Assembly (NCBI GenBank): GCA_038215615.1
Contig: JBBQQR010000002.1
Span: 81,743-145,742 of the forward strand
Origin: Vulcanimicrobiales bacterium
GTDB lineage: Bacteria; Vulcanimicrobiota; Vulcanimicrobiia; Vulcanimicrobiales; Vulcanimicrobiaceae
DNA: 64,000 nt
Direction of reading: 5' to 3'
Shown here: piece after piece, positions 28,733 through 38,869 of the stretch
How positions within the stretch are numbered: the stretch's first letter is position 1
Layout: each line of letters opens with the position of its first letter
Made by a program: the position numbers and the translations under genes
Notes under the pieces: model-generated
What the model was told of the DNA's origin: nothing
Database searches by the model: none
The model's input: only the letters and a program-made list of their open reading frames with translations

Positions 28733-29605
28733 ATGCAACACATTCCCGTTTTTCACGCGCAAGCTTTAGAGTGGCTGGCGATTCGCCCGTCTGGGATCTA
28801 TGTGGATGCGACCTTCGGCGCGGGTGGCCATTCGCGTGGCATCCTCTCGCGTTTGAAGGGCGGGCGGCTCATTGCGCTCGACGCGGATCCTTCGGCCGGG
28901 CCGCGGGCTGCCGAGATCGACGATTCCGCCTTTACGTTTATTCATGCGAATTTCCGCGAGCTGCCGGACGTTCTCGATCGCCTCGGCATCGAGCTGGTGG
29001 ACGGCGTTCTGTTCGACTTGGGGGTTTCTTCGATGCAATTTGACGAACCGTCGCGCGGTTTTTCTTTCCGGGAATCCGGACCGCTCGACATGCGCATGAA
29101 TCCGCTGGCCGGACGAAGCGCTTACGATGTGCTCATGAGCGCGAGCGAAACCGAACTTGCCGAGATCTTCTTCGACTACGGTCAAGAACGCGCCGCGCGC
29201 AGAATCGCGCGCACGATCGTGCACCGCCGCAAAGCCGGGCTGTTCCCGGGGACAACGCTGGAGTTTGCGCGCATGATTAGCGGACTGATGCACCGTCCGG
29301 GACGGCGCGAGCGCATCCATCCGGCCACGCGTGTCTTTCAGGCACTGCGCATCGCCGTCAATGACGAACTCGAAGCGCTGCGAGAAGGTTTGGACAGCGC
29401 CGTCAACCGGCTGCGCGGAGCGGGACGGGTCGTCGCGATCAGCTTCCATTCATTGGAAGACCGGATCGTCAAACGCAAATTCTTGCAAGACGATCGTTTA
29501 GAAATTCTGACGCGCAAGCCGCTGGTACCCGGTCACGATGAGATCGAACAGAACCCGCGCGCGAGCAGCGCGAAAATGCGCGCTGCAGAACGGAAGGCGA
29601 GCTGA
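28733..29605 (+). CDS. rsmH: 16S rRNA C1402 methyltransferase
   Basis: HIPV, DATFGAGGHS, DLGVSSMQ and ISFHSLEDRIVK. Confidence 0.97.
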   Translation: MQHIPVFHAQALEWLAIRPSGIYVDATFGAGGHSRGILSRLKGGRLIALDADPSAGPRAAEIDDSAFTFIHANFRELPDVLDRLGIELVDGVLFDLGVSSMQFDEPSRGFSFRESGPLDMRMNPLAGRSAYDVLMSASETELAEIFFDYGQERAARRIARTIVHRRKAGLFPGTTLEFARMISGLMHRPGRRERIHPATRVFQALRIAVNDELEALREGLDSAVNRLRGAGRVVAISFHSLEDRIVKRKFLQDDRLEILTRKPLVPGHDEIEQNPRASSAKMRAAERKAS

Positions 29606-30024
29606 TGGTCGCCTACCAATCCAATCCGCGTCTGCGCAACGTGCGCACCGCCAAGCACGCAACGCATCTGCGTAAGACCCACGCGTCGCGCGCTCGTTAT
29701 ACCAGTTTGGTTCGATTTTCGGGGGCACTCGGCGTGGTGCTGGTCGGCGTGATGATCTACGTCATGCTGATCGCGAACCTGACGAGCTTGAATTACTCCG
29801 TCGCGCGCGCCGACAGACAGCGCGCCTCGCTGCAGGCGGAAACGGCTCGCCTCGACGACCGGCTGGCGGCGCTGCGTTCCGACGATCGCTTGGCGAAAAT
29901 GGCGGCGGCGCTGCATATGCGCGAGCCGCAGCAGTTTGCATTGGTCACGCTTCCGCCGGCTGCGCCGCAGGGACAATCGAGACTGTTTCTTTCCAGTTTG
30001 GCGAGCTGGTTCGGCGCTAAATAG
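29605..30024 (+). CDS. ftsL: FtsL-like cell division protein
   Basis: Basic N-terminus, one TM, coiled coil, and position between rsmH and ftsI. Confidence 0.7.
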   Translation: MVAYQSNPRLRNVRTAKHATHLRKTHASRARYTSLVRFSGALGVVLVGVMIYVMLIANLTSLNYSVARADRQRASLQAETARLDDRLAALRSDDRLAKMAAALHMREPQQFALVTLPPAAPQGQSRLFLSSLASWFGAK

Positions 30025-30040
30025 GGTCTGAAGGAGACTC

Positions 30041-31831
30041 GTGCATCGCCGAAACTTCTCGCGCGTCGCTCCACGCCGCGCAAAAGCGCTCTTTTACTTC
30101 GCTGCTGCGATTGCGCTGATACTGGGCTGGCGGCTCGTGGAAGTGCAAGTCTTCAAAGGACCGATCTACGCGAAGCAGGCGCTGGCGCAACGCACTGACA
30201 CGGTCGACGTCTTCGCGCGGCGCGGCAGCATTCTCGATCGAGACGGCAACGTTCTCGCGTATTCGCTTCCATCGGAAAGCGTCTACGCAGTTCCCCACGA
30301 TCTCGGCGACGCCGGCGCGACTATCGCGCGGCTCCAGAAAGTGTTGGGAAAAATTCCCGCCGCGACGACTTCGCTTCTGCGCGACCGCACGATGCAGTTC
30401 GTCTGGGTCGCTCGCAAGATTCCACACGATCAGGCCGACGCGATCTCCGCGCTCCAATTGCCCGGAATTTCCGTCATGGAAGAAGATACCGGGCGCCGGG
30501 TCGATCTCGCCGGCCAAACGGCTTCGACGGTCGTTGGATTTGTGGGGATCGACGAGAACGGATTGGCCGGAATCGAGTACGCATACGACGACCTTTTAAA
30601 AGGAACGTCGGGGCGCGTCACGCTCGAAGCTGACGAGTTCGGACACCCGATTCCGTTCGGTCGCCAGCGCGCGGTGCGGGCGGCCAAACCCGGGATGACA
30701 CTCGAGCTGACGATCGACCCGTATCTGCAGTTCGTGGCCGAAGCCGCACTCAGGAAACAGGTCGCGGAATTTCACGCGCAAAGCGGCACGGCGCTGGTCT
30801 TGGATCCGTTCACCGGCGAAGTGCTCGCGCTCGCCGACCTGCCGCACTTCGATCCGAATTCGTATTGGAAGTTTTCGGCCGACGAGCGCCGCGAGCGTGC
30901 AGTGCAAGATTCCTACGAGCCCGGTTCGACGTTCAAACTCTTGACCGCGGCGGCTGCGCTCGAGAGCGGCAAAGTTACGACGTCGTCGTATTTTCCGGCG
31001 CGCAACGCAATCGAAGTCGGCGGCCGCGTGATCCATAACGCCGAAGACGACATGCCGGTTCGCGGCAGCAGCGAGACGCTTGAAGACATCATCGCGTATT
31101 CGCATAACGTCGGAGCGGCCGAAGTCGGCCTCTCGATCGGCGGCAAGACGTTTTATGAAATGGAACGGCGCGCAGGTTTCGGCGATTCTACGCACGTCGG
31201 TTTCGCCGGTGAAAATCCCGGCATCGTGCCTGCGCCCGCGGATTGGAGCGACAGCTCGCTCGCGACCATGGCGTTTGGGCAGGGCGTTTCGGTAACGCCG
31301 CTCGCGCTGGCGCGCTACTATTGTGCGATCGCCAACGGCGGATTGCTGGTGCGCCCGCGGCTGGTGCGCGCGATCTTCGATGCGCAGGGGCGCCTACTCT
31401 ATCAGTACGGGCCGGAGATCGAACGGCGCGTCTTTTCTCGGCGCACGGCCGACACGCTGCGGCGCTTTCTCCGAGCCGTCGTCGTACGTGGTACCGGGAA
31501 TCCGAGCGCGCAGCTGGCCGGCTATACGACTGCGGGCAAGACCGGCACGGCGCAAGTTGTCGAAAACGGCCGGTACGAGCCCGGCGCGTACATCGCTTCC
31601 TTTATAGGGATGGTGCCCTACGAGCATCCGCGGTACTTAATCTATGTGAAAGTCGAGCGCCCCGAAGGCGCCATTTACGGCTCCGTGGTCGCCGCGCCGG
31701 CTTTTTCCGAGATCGCGCGGCAGGCGATGCTGCACGCCGGGACGCTTCCGGCGACGCCGCGTCCGAAGCCGTCGCCGGTTCCCGCAAAACGCTTGGTCCG
31801 TCCGGAACGCACGGCGAACCTCACCCCATGA
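30041..31831 (+). CDS. ftsI: Class B penicillin-binding protein (FtsI-like)
   Basis: RGSILDRDG, EPGSTFK (SxxK), SHN (SxN) and KTGTAQ. Confidence 0.93.
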   Translation: MHRRNFSRVAPRRAKALFYFAAAIALILGWRLVEVQVFKGPIYAKQALAQRTDTVDVFARRGSILDRDGNVLAYSLPSESVYAVPHDLGDAGATIARLQKVLGKIPAATTSLLRDRTMQFVWVARKIPHDQADAISALQLPGISVMEEDTGRRVDLAGQTASTVVGFVGIDENGLAGIEYAYDDLLKGTSGRVTLEADEFGHPIPFGRQRAVRAAKPGMTLELTIDPYLQFVAEAALRKQVAEFHAQSGTALVLDPFTGEVLALADLPHFDPNSYWKFSADERRERAVQDSYEPGSTFKLLTAAAALESGKVTTSSYFPARNAIEVGGRVIHNAEDDMPVRGSSETLEDIIAYSHNVGAAEVGLSIGGKTFYEMERRAGFGDSTHVGFAGENPGIVPAPADWSDSSLATMAFGQGVSVTPLALARYYCAIANGGLLVRPRLVRAIFDAQGRLLYQYGPEIERRVFSRRTADTLRRFLRAVVVRGTGNPSAQLAGYTTAGKTGTAQVVENGRYEPGAYIASFIGMVPYEHPRYLIYVKVERPEGAIYGSVVAAPAFSEIARQAMLHAGTLPATPRPKPSPVPAKRLVRPERTANLTP

Positions 31832-33288
31832 TCGAACCGGGCGTGCTGCTGGAACTGCTGCTCGAAGGATTGCCGGACAGCCGCATCACCGGCGGCGGGT
31901 CCGTGATGGTTTCGTCGCTCTCTTTCGATTCGCGATCGGTTCGGCCCGGCGCGTTGTTTTTTGCGATTGCCGGCGAACATACCGACGGCCACCGCTACGT
32001 AGGTGAAGCCATCGCGCGCGGCGCCTGTGCCGTGATCATGGAGCGCGATGTCGATCTTCCGCCGAATATTGCCGGCGTGATCGTCCCGGATTCGGCAGCG
32101 GCGCTTTCAAAGATCGCCGACACGTTCTATCGATCGCCGTCGCGCAATCTCGCAATCGCCGGAATCACCGGAACCAACGGGAAGACGACCGTCACGCACA
32201 TGATCGCCGCTATCGCTAACGCGGCCGGTATTTCCGCGGGGATTGTCGGTACGCTCGGAACGAAATTTGACGACATAGATCGCCCACTCGACCACACGAC
32301 GCCGCTCGCGTCGGAGTTACAAGCGCTGCTCGCGCAGATGCGCGACAAAGCCGTGAAAATTGTGGCGATGGAAGTCAGTTCGCACGCGCTCGCGCTCGAG
32401 CGCGTTTCCGACGTACATTTTGCCGTGGCGGGGCTGACGAACGTCACGCGCGATCATCTGGATTTTCACGAAACGCCCGAAGCCTACGCCGCTGCTAAGC
32501 GCCGGCTCTTCGATTTTGCGGAGCGCGCCGTTCTCAATGCCGACGATCCGTACGGAGCTCGGTGGGCCGCCGAGCTGCGCGACGTAAAACCCGTTGTTGC
32601 TTTTGGCGTGGAGTGTCCGGCTGACGTCCGCGCGGAAAAAATTCGCGTACACGCGAGCGGTTCGAACTTCGAGGTAGACGGACGGCAATTCGAGCTCCGA
32701 CTTACCGGACGGTTCAACGTCAGCAACGCTTTGTGTGCGATCGCTTCCGCGCGAATGCTTGGAATCGCGGACGATATCTCTGCGCGCGGCTTGGCGTCGG
32801 TCGAACACGTGCGCGGTCGCATGGAGCGTATCGATGGCGGCGACGTCGACGTGATCATCGATTACGCGCATACGCCCGACGCGTTGGAATCCGCATTGCG
32901 CGCGCTGCGCGAAGTAGCGCCCGGCCGTCGCATCGTCGTTTTCGGCTGCGGCGGCGATCGGGATCGCGGTAAGCGGCGCGAGATGGGCGCGGTCGTCGCG
33001 CAAAATGCGGACTACGCCTACGTAACATCCGACAATCCGCGCACAGAAGATCCGCGCGCGATTATTGAAGACATACTGCCCGGCATGGCAGGGGCGCCGC
33101 ACGAAGTCGAACCGGATCGCCGCCGCGCGATCGCGACTGCGATTCGAAACGCGCAACCCGGCGACACGATTTTGATCGCCGGCAAAGGTCACGAGACATA
33201 TCAGATCGTCGGCAAGCGAGTCTTACCATTTGATGACGCCGCCGAAGCGCGCCGTGCGCTGGCGGAACGCGAGCGCGTTCCATCATGA
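31828..33288 (+). CDS. murE: UDP-MurNAc-tripeptide synthetase (mDAP-adding)
   Basis: GITGTNGKTT, MEVSSHAL, DYAHTPDAL, the DNPR mDAP motif and AGKGHE. Confidence 0.96.
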   Translation: MIEPGVLLELLLEGLPDSRITGGGSVMVSSLSFDSRSVRPGALFFAIAGEHTDGHRYVGEAIARGACAVIMERDVDLPPNIAGVIVPDSAAALSKIADTFYRSPSRNLAIAGITGTNGKTTVTHMIAAIANAAGISAGIVGTLGTKFDDIDRPLDHTTPLASELQALLAQMRDKAVKIVAMEVSSHALALERVSDVHFAVAGLTNVTRDHLDFHETPEAYAAAKRRLFDFAERAVLNADDPYGARWAAELRDVKPVVAFGVECPADVRAEKIRVHASGSNFEVDGRQFELRLTGRFNVSNALCAIASARMLGIADDISARGLASVEHVRGRMERIDGGDVDVIIDYAHTPDALESALRALREVAPGRRIVVFGCGGDRDRGKRREMGAVVAQNADYAYVTSDNPRTEDPRAIIEDILPGMAGAPHEVEPDRRRAIATAIRNAQPGDTILIAGKGHETYQIVGKRVLPFDDAAEARRALAERERVPS

Positions 33289-34655
33289 CGCTTTCGTTCG
33301 AACGTGCGGCCGAGGCGACAGGCGCGGAAATGCGCGGTCGCGAGCGCGCTCCCGAAACGCTCACGGTTGTCACCGATACGCGGTCGCTGAATCCGGGAGA
33401 TACGTTCCTGGCACTGCGCGGCGAGCACTTTGACGGCCACGATTTCATCGGCGAGGCGCTGAAAAAAGGCGCCGCGGCCGTCGTCGTCGATTCTCCCGAG
33501 GCTCAAAGCAACGGCGTCGCTGCGCTGATCGTACGCGACACGCGCCGGGCGTACATGGATTTGGGTGCGGCGTCGCGCGCGCAGTTTTCCGGACGCGTCG
33601 TCGCGGTGACCGGCAGCTGCGGAAAAACGACGACCAAAGATTTTCTGTGCCAGCTGCTGATCGCGACGCTGGGACCTTCGGCCGTCGCTTCATCGCCGGG
33701 GAATGAAAACAATGAAATCGGCGTCAGCAAGCTGTTGCTCTCGCTCACGCCGCAGCAGCAGATGCTCGTTGTCGAGATGGGCGCGCGGCATACCGGCGAG
33801 ATTGCCGAACTGGTCGCGATTGCATCGCCGCATATAGGTATATTGACGAACGTAGGCGACGCGCATTTGGAGATTTTCGGATCGCGCGAGAAGCTGGCGG
33901 CCACGAAATGGGGGCTGTTTTCAGAGGGCGCGCAGGCTGTGCTCAACGCGCGCGATGAGATCTCTCGTAACCGGTCGAGCTCGCTCGAAGCGCCGCCGCT
34001 GTGGTTTGGCGAAGGCGAGCCTTCGCTGCCCGGCGTCTGGGTCCGCGACGAAAGCACGCTCGTGCTCAACTATGGCGGCGCCTCCCAGACGCTTTCGATC
34101 CGCACGCCGTTTCCCGGCGCGCACAATCGCGCGAACCTTGCGGCTGCAATTGCGGGGGCGCTGTTGCTCGGAATAAACGCCGAGGAAATCGCGAGTAACG
34201 TCGCGGGACTCGTCTTGCCGCCAGGGCGGTATGAAAACATCGCGATCCCCGCCGGGCCGCGGCTCATTTATGATGCGTACAACGCGAACGCGAGCGGCAC
34301 GATAGCGTCGCTTACGACCTTCTCAGCGGAAAACGCTCGCCGCCGCATTGCGGTGCTTTCCAGCATGGCGGAGCTCGGTTCCGATGCACCTGCGATCCAC
34401 GAACGCGTTGGAGCTCACGCGGCGTCGATGAACATCGACGTGCTGCTGGTCGGGGGGGATTTTGCCGCATCGCTAGCCGCGGGCGCGGTGCGCGCGGGCT
34501 TGTCGCGCGAGCAGATCGTGACGTTCGGCGAAAACGAAGAAGTGGCGAAGTGGCTTCGCAAACATGCTACCGATGAAGACGTCGTCTTGCTGAAAGGCTC
34601 GCGCAAATACCGCATGGAGGAGATCGTGCAGTCGCTTCGGGCAGGTGCGGCGTGA
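33285..34655 (+). CDS. murF: UDP-MurNAc-pentapeptide synthetase
   Basis: TGSCGKTTTK, NNEIGV, DAYNAN and LLKGSR. Confidence 0.95.
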   Translation: MTLSFERAAEATGAEMRGRERAPETLTVVTDTRSLNPGDTFLALRGEHFDGHDFIGEALKKGAAAVVVDSPEAQSNGVAALIVRDTRRAYMDLGAASRAQFSGRVVAVTGSCGKTTTKDFLCQLLIATLGPSAVASSPGNENNEIGVSKLLLSLTPQQQMLVVEMGARHTGEIAELVAIASPHIGILTNVGDAHLEIFGSREKLAATKWGLFSEGAQAVLNARDEISRNRSSSLEAPPLWFGEGEPSLPGVWVRDESTLVLNYGGASQTLSIRTPFPGAHNRANLAAAIAGALLLGINAEEIASNVAGLVLPPGRYENIAIPAGPRLIYDAYNANASGTIASLTTFSAENARRRIAVLSSMAELGSDAPAIHERVGAHAASMNIDVLLVGGDFAASLAAGAVRAGLSREQIVTFGENEEVAKWLRKHATDEDVVLLKGSRKYRMEEIVQSLRAGAA

Positions 34656-35356
34656 GCGGAAGCTTGCGCGTCGACCGCCCGCAGATTCCGGCCGGCATGG
34701 TTGCGATTCCGGTGCGCACGCGTCTCGTGCAGCCGGGAGAAGATCTCCCCGCGCTTATTCAAACCTCGGTTGACGGCATCGCGCAGCCCGGGGACGTGCT
34801 GGCGATTTCTGAAACCGCTGTCGCGATCGCGCAGCGTCAGGCGGTGCCCGCGGAGTACGTGCGCCCGTCGCGCCTCGCGCTGCTGCTCTCGCGCCACGCC
34901 GGCGCCATGGCGACCGTGAGTCAGCCGGAGTCGGTGCAGATCGTGATCGACAACGTCGGCGCTCCGAAAGTCGCATACGCTGCCGTTATGCAAGTTTTGG
35001 GGCGTTTGGCCGGCCGGCGCGGCATGTTCTATGAAATTTTGGGCGAGGCGATTGCGGCGATCGATGGGTACACCGGGACGATGCCGCCGTTTGATAACAT
35101 GATCGTCTTTGCGCCGCAAAACCCCGACGCGTTTGCGCAGTCCGTTTTTGAGCGGACCGGTATTGGATGCGCGGTGGTCGACGCGAACGATCTCAATAGC
35201 GCCAAAGTTTTGGGCGCGTCGTCCGGCGTCAATCGCGACAGCGTCGCCGAGGCGCTCCTTTCAAATCCTCACGGCAACGGAGACGAGCAAACACCGGTCG
35301 TTGTTCTGAAGTGGCGCGGCGAGGGCCGCAATCCGCTGGTCGAGGCACGCCCGTGA
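34652..35356 (+). CDS. CofE-like (coenzyme F420-0:L-glutamate ligase fold) protein of unknown substrate
   Basis: LVQPGEDL, GDVLAISETAVAIAQ, AIDG, VVDANDL and NPHGNGDEQTPVVVL resemble the F420_ligase family. GTGA overlaps with both murF and mraY. Confidence 0.8.
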   Translation: MSGSLRVDRPQIPAGMVAIPVRTRLVQPGEDLPALIQTSVDGIAQPGDVLAISETAVAIAQRQAVPAEYVRPSRLALLLSRHAGAMATVSQPESVQIVIDNVGAPKVAYAAVMQVLGRLAGRRGMFYEILGEAIAAIDGYTGTMPPFDNMIVFAPQNPDAFAQSVFERTGIGCAVVDANDLNSAKVLGASSGVNRDSVAEALLSNPHGNGDEQTPVVVLKWRGEGRNPLVEARP

Positions 35357-36336
35357 ATACGGTCGATTTCGCCGTGCAGATTCATCCATGGGGACTGGTC
35401 GCCGTTGCACTCCTCGGCTTTTTGCTAGCCGTCGTCACCTGCGCCCTACTATTACCGGTGTTGGGCAAACTGCAACTGCGCCAACGCGCGTACGAAGACG
35501 CGCCCGAGTCCCATCAAATAAAGACGGGAACGCCCACGATGGCGGGAGCGTGCTTTGTGATTGCGCTCGTACCGATGCTGCTCATACCGAGTGCCGCACT
35601 CGGCTATTTGTTGGCGCTGGTGGCCGGTTGCGCGCTCATCGGATTGCTCGACGACGTATTGGGCGTACGCTTCGGACGAAATCGGGGGCTAAGAGCGCGT
35701 ACGAAATTCTTGTTCACAGCGCTCGTAGCGGTCATGTTCCTGCGAGCAATCGACGGCGGGAGTGCCGTCTATCCCCGTGACGTCATTTTAACCATTAGCA
35801 GTCACGCGATCCCCGCTCCTCATTGGGTGTGGTTAATCCTGGGTATCGTCGCGATTGCGGGTACAATGCACGCCGTTAACCTTACCGACGGCCTCGATGG
35901 TCTCGCGTCCGGCGCGATGGTTTTTCCGCTGGGCGTGCTCGCAACTCTGGCCGTGATCACTTTCACCGCGCTCAGCATTCCGGCGCTCCTCGGCCTAGGA
36001 GCGTGCTTGGGTTTTCTTGTTTACAATCGGTACCCGGCGAAGCTCATCATGGGTGACACGGGTTCCCTTGCGCTCGGCGCGTTGCTTTCGGGGATTGCGA
36101 TCCTGAGCGGGCAGATGCTGCTCCTGGTCATCATCGGTGGCGTTTTCGTGGCCGAAGCGCTGTCGGTAATGACCCAGGTCGTGTACTTCAAACTGACGCA
36201 CGGCAAGCGCATCTTCAAGATGAGTCCGTTGCACCATCATTTCGAGCTATCCGGATGGCCGGAAACAAAAGTAACGACGCGGTTTTGGATTGCGTCCGCG
36301 ATTTTCTCCGCCGTGGGACTGGCGATCGTAAGATGA
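35353..36336 (+). CDS. mraY: Phospho-MurNAc-pentapeptide translocase
   Basis: KTGTPTMAG, NLTDGLDGL, MGDTGSL and PLHHHFE. Confidence 0.97.
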   Translation: MNTVDFAVQIHPWGLVAVALLGFLLAVVTCALLLPVLGKLQLRQRAYEDAPESHQIKTGTPTMAGACFVIALVPMLLIPSAALGYLLALVAGCALIGLLDDVLGVRFGRNRGLRARTKFLFTALVAVMFLRAIDGGSAVYPRDVILTISSHAIPAPHWVWLILGIVAIAGTMHAVNLTDGLDGLASGAMVFPLGVLATLAVITFTALSIPALLGLGACLGFLVYNRYPAKLIMGDTGSLALGALLSGIAILSGQMLLLVIIGGVFVAEALSVMTQVVYFKLTHGKRIFKMSPLHHHFELSGWPETKVTTRFWIASAIFSAVGLAIVR

Positions 36337-37712
36337 ATTTTGCTGCCGGCGAGAAGATCTTGGTCATCGGGCTCGGGCGCAGCGGGAAAGCCGTCGCCGA
36401 AGTCTTGCGCGGCCGCGGCGCCGATGTATATGCCATCGACGAAAAACCCCGGGCCGAGCTCGCGGAGACGATTGCCGGTCTTGAAGCAATGGGCGCGCAG
36501 TACGTCGCCCCCGAGAACATCGGAGAACTCACCAACGTGAATTGCGCCGTCCTGTCTCCGGGCGTGCCGCTGAACGGACCGCTGGTCCGCAAGATCCAGA
36601 GCGGCAACATTCCGGTCTACAGCGAGATCGAAGTCGCTTACCGTTTGTGCAAGGCGCCGATTATCGCCGTCACGGGAACCAAAGGAAAATCGACGACAGC
36701 CTCGCTTATCGGCCACTTGCTGCGCGCGTCGGGCAAAGATGCGCGCGTCGGCGGCAACATCGGCAATCCGCTCATTCTGGAAGCCGTTGCCGCGTCGCCG
36801 GAAAGCTGGGTCGTAGCCGAAGTGTCGTCGTTCCAGCTCGAAACGATTCGCTCGTTCCATCCGCGTGTATCGGTGCTTCTGAATATTTCGGCCGACCATC
36901 TGGACCGGTATCACTCGATGGACGAATACATCGAAGCGAAATATCGCATCTTCGCAAACCAAAACGAACACGACGTCTTTATCGGAAACCTCGACGATCC
37001 GGTGCTGGCACTTTTGCACCGGCACTCGGGCGAAGCGCGCGTGCGCGCCAAACAAATGTGGTTTACGCTCGGAAACGACAGCAAACACGCGACGATGTAC
37101 TTGCGCGACGGCATGCTAATCTTTTCGCCGGTGACCGGCGATCCGCGGCCGATCGCTATTGCGGGCCGCGACGATATTTCATTGGCGGGACTGCACAACG
37201 TGCAGAACGTTATGGCCGCGTCGCTGGCCGTGCTGGCTGCCGGCCTCGAACCGCGCGAACTTCGCGACGGCATCCGGACCTTCGGTCCCATGTCGCACCG
37301 CATGCAGCCCGTCGGTGAAGTTGACGGCGTCCTTTACGTGGACGATTCGAAAGCCACCAACCCAGGCGCCGTAATCGCGGCTCTGCGCGCGTATGACAAA
37401 CCCATCGTGCTAATCGCCGGCGGGAAACCCAAGAACACCGACTTTACCGAACTCGGCCGGGTCGTTGACGAACGCGCCCGCGCGCTCGTGGTGATCGGCG
37501 AAGCCGCTGGCGACATTGCGGCGCACGTGTACCGCACGCCGATCGAGCGCGCCGGTTCCATGGAAGAAGCGGTTCGCACGGCGCAGTCGCTGGCCCAGCC
37601 CGGTGACATCGTATTGCTTTCGCCGGCATGCGCCTCGTTCGACATGTTCGAATCGGCCGAAGATCGCGGACAAAAATTTACCGATGCTGTGTTGGGGACG
37701 CCGGCGCGATGA
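36333..37712 (+). CDS. murD: UDP-MurNAc-L-Ala:D-Glu ligase
   Basis: GLGRSG, TGTKGKST, EVSSFQLE, DDSKATN and LSPACASFD. Confidence 0.96.
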   Translation: MNFAAGEKILVIGLGRSGKAVAEVLRGRGADVYAIDEKPRAELAETIAGLEAMGAQYVAPENIGELTNVNCAVLSPGVPLNGPLVRKIQSGNIPVYSEIEVAYRLCKAPIIAVTGTKGKSTTASLIGHLLRASGKDARVGGNIGNPLILEAVAASPESWVVAEVSSFQLETIRSFHPRVSVLLNISADHLDRYHSMDEYIEAKYRIFANQNEHDVFIGNLDDPVLALLHRHSGEARVRAKQMWFTLGNDSKHATMYLRDGMLIFSPVTGDPRPIAIAGRDDISLAGLHNVQNVMAASLAVLAAGLEPRELRDGIRTFGPMSHRMQPVGEVDGVLYVDDSKATNPGAVIAALRAYDKPIVLIAGGKPKNTDFTELGRVVDERARALVVIGEAAGDIAAHVYRTPIERAGSMEEAVRTAQSLAQPGDIVLLSPACASFDMFESAEDRGQKFTDAVLGTPAR

Positions 37713-38869
37713 AAGCTTCGGTTGCCAAGCGGCAGGCCCATAACCAAGAACTTCCGCGTTCGTTCGTCGCTTCGCCGCCCGACACGTGGCTGTTCATCGC
37801 GGTCACGAGTTTGGTTGCGATTGGGCTGGTCATGATCTTCAGCGCCTCGAGCGCGCAAGCGTACGCCGATCACCACGACACGGCGTACTACGTGAAGCGG
37901 CAAGCACTGTATCTGGTGATCGGGTTGATAGGCGCGTACTTTGCCTACAAGATCGATTACCGCAAGCTGCGCGCGTTCGCTCCCTACGCGCTGCTGCTAT
38001 GCATCGCAGGTCTGCTGACCGTTTTCGTTCCACACGTAGGTCAGACAGTCTCCGGCGCACGCCGCTGGATCGGCGCGGGCTCGATTTCTTTGCAGCCTTC
38101 CGAGTTTGCCAAACTGGGCCTCGTGATCTATTTAGCGGCGGCGCTCGCGGGCCGCGGCGAACGTATCACCTCGCTGACGCGGGGGCTCGCGCCGCTCTGC
38201 ATCCCCGTCTTTTTCACGGCGATGCTGGTGCTCATCGAACCCGACATCGGAACGTCGAGCCTCTTGGTCTTCACGGCATTTGCCATGTTCTTCGCGGCCG
38301 GAGCGCGGTTCGAGCATCTGCTGATGGTTATTGCGGTCACCCTTCCTCCGGCCGCCATCGCGATCATGAGCAGTCCGTACAAGCGCGCGCGCATTTTTGC
38401 GTTTCTGCATCCTTTCAAAGACGCGCAGAACACCGGCTTTCACATCGTGCAGTCGTTGCTTGCGCTTGGCAGCGGGGGCGTCTTCGGCGTCGGGCTGGGC
38501 GAATCGCGCGCGAAATTTTTCTATCTCCCCGAGCAATACACCGACTTCATCTTCTCCGTGCTCGGCGAAGAGCTCGGCTTGATCGGAACGGCTACCGTCC
38601 TGATTCTCTTCGGAACGCTGGCCTACCGCGCGATTCGCATCGCCATCGCCGCGCCCGACCGGTTCGGCTTCTTCCTGGCGACCGGCTGCGCCGCACTCAT
38701 CGTCATTCAGGCGTTCGTGAACATCGCTGTCGTCACGTCGTCCTGGCCCGTAACCGGCGTGCCCCTTCCTTTTATATCGTTTGGCGGAAGCTCGCTGATC
38801 GTGTCGCTGATCGCCGTCGCGCTGATCATCAACGTCGGGCGGCACCGGCGGCTATCTCCTCCAGAGTGA
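37709..38869 (+). CDS. ftsW: SEDS peptidoglycan polymerase FtsW
   Basis: GARRWI, QPSEFAK, YLPEQYTDFIFSVLGEELG and PFISFGGSS. Confidence 0.96.
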   Translation: MKASVAKRQAHNQELPRSFVASPPDTWLFIAVTSLVAIGLVMIFSASSAQAYADHHDTAYYVKRQALYLVIGLIGAYFAYKIDYRKLRAFAPYALLLCIAGLLTVFVPHVGQTVSGARRWIGAGSISLQPSEFAKLGLVIYLAAALAGRGERITSLTRGLAPLCIPVFFTAMLVLIEPDIGTSSLLVFTAFAMFFAAGARFEHLLMVIAVTLPPAAIAIMSSPYKRARIFAFLHPFKDAQNTGFHIVQSLLALGSGGVFGVGLGESRAKFFYLPEQYTDFIFSVLGEELGLIGTATVLILFGTLAYRAIRIAIAAPDRFGFFLATGCAALIVIQAFVNIAVVTSSWPVTGVPLPFISFGGSSLIVSLIAVALIINVGRHRRLSPPE

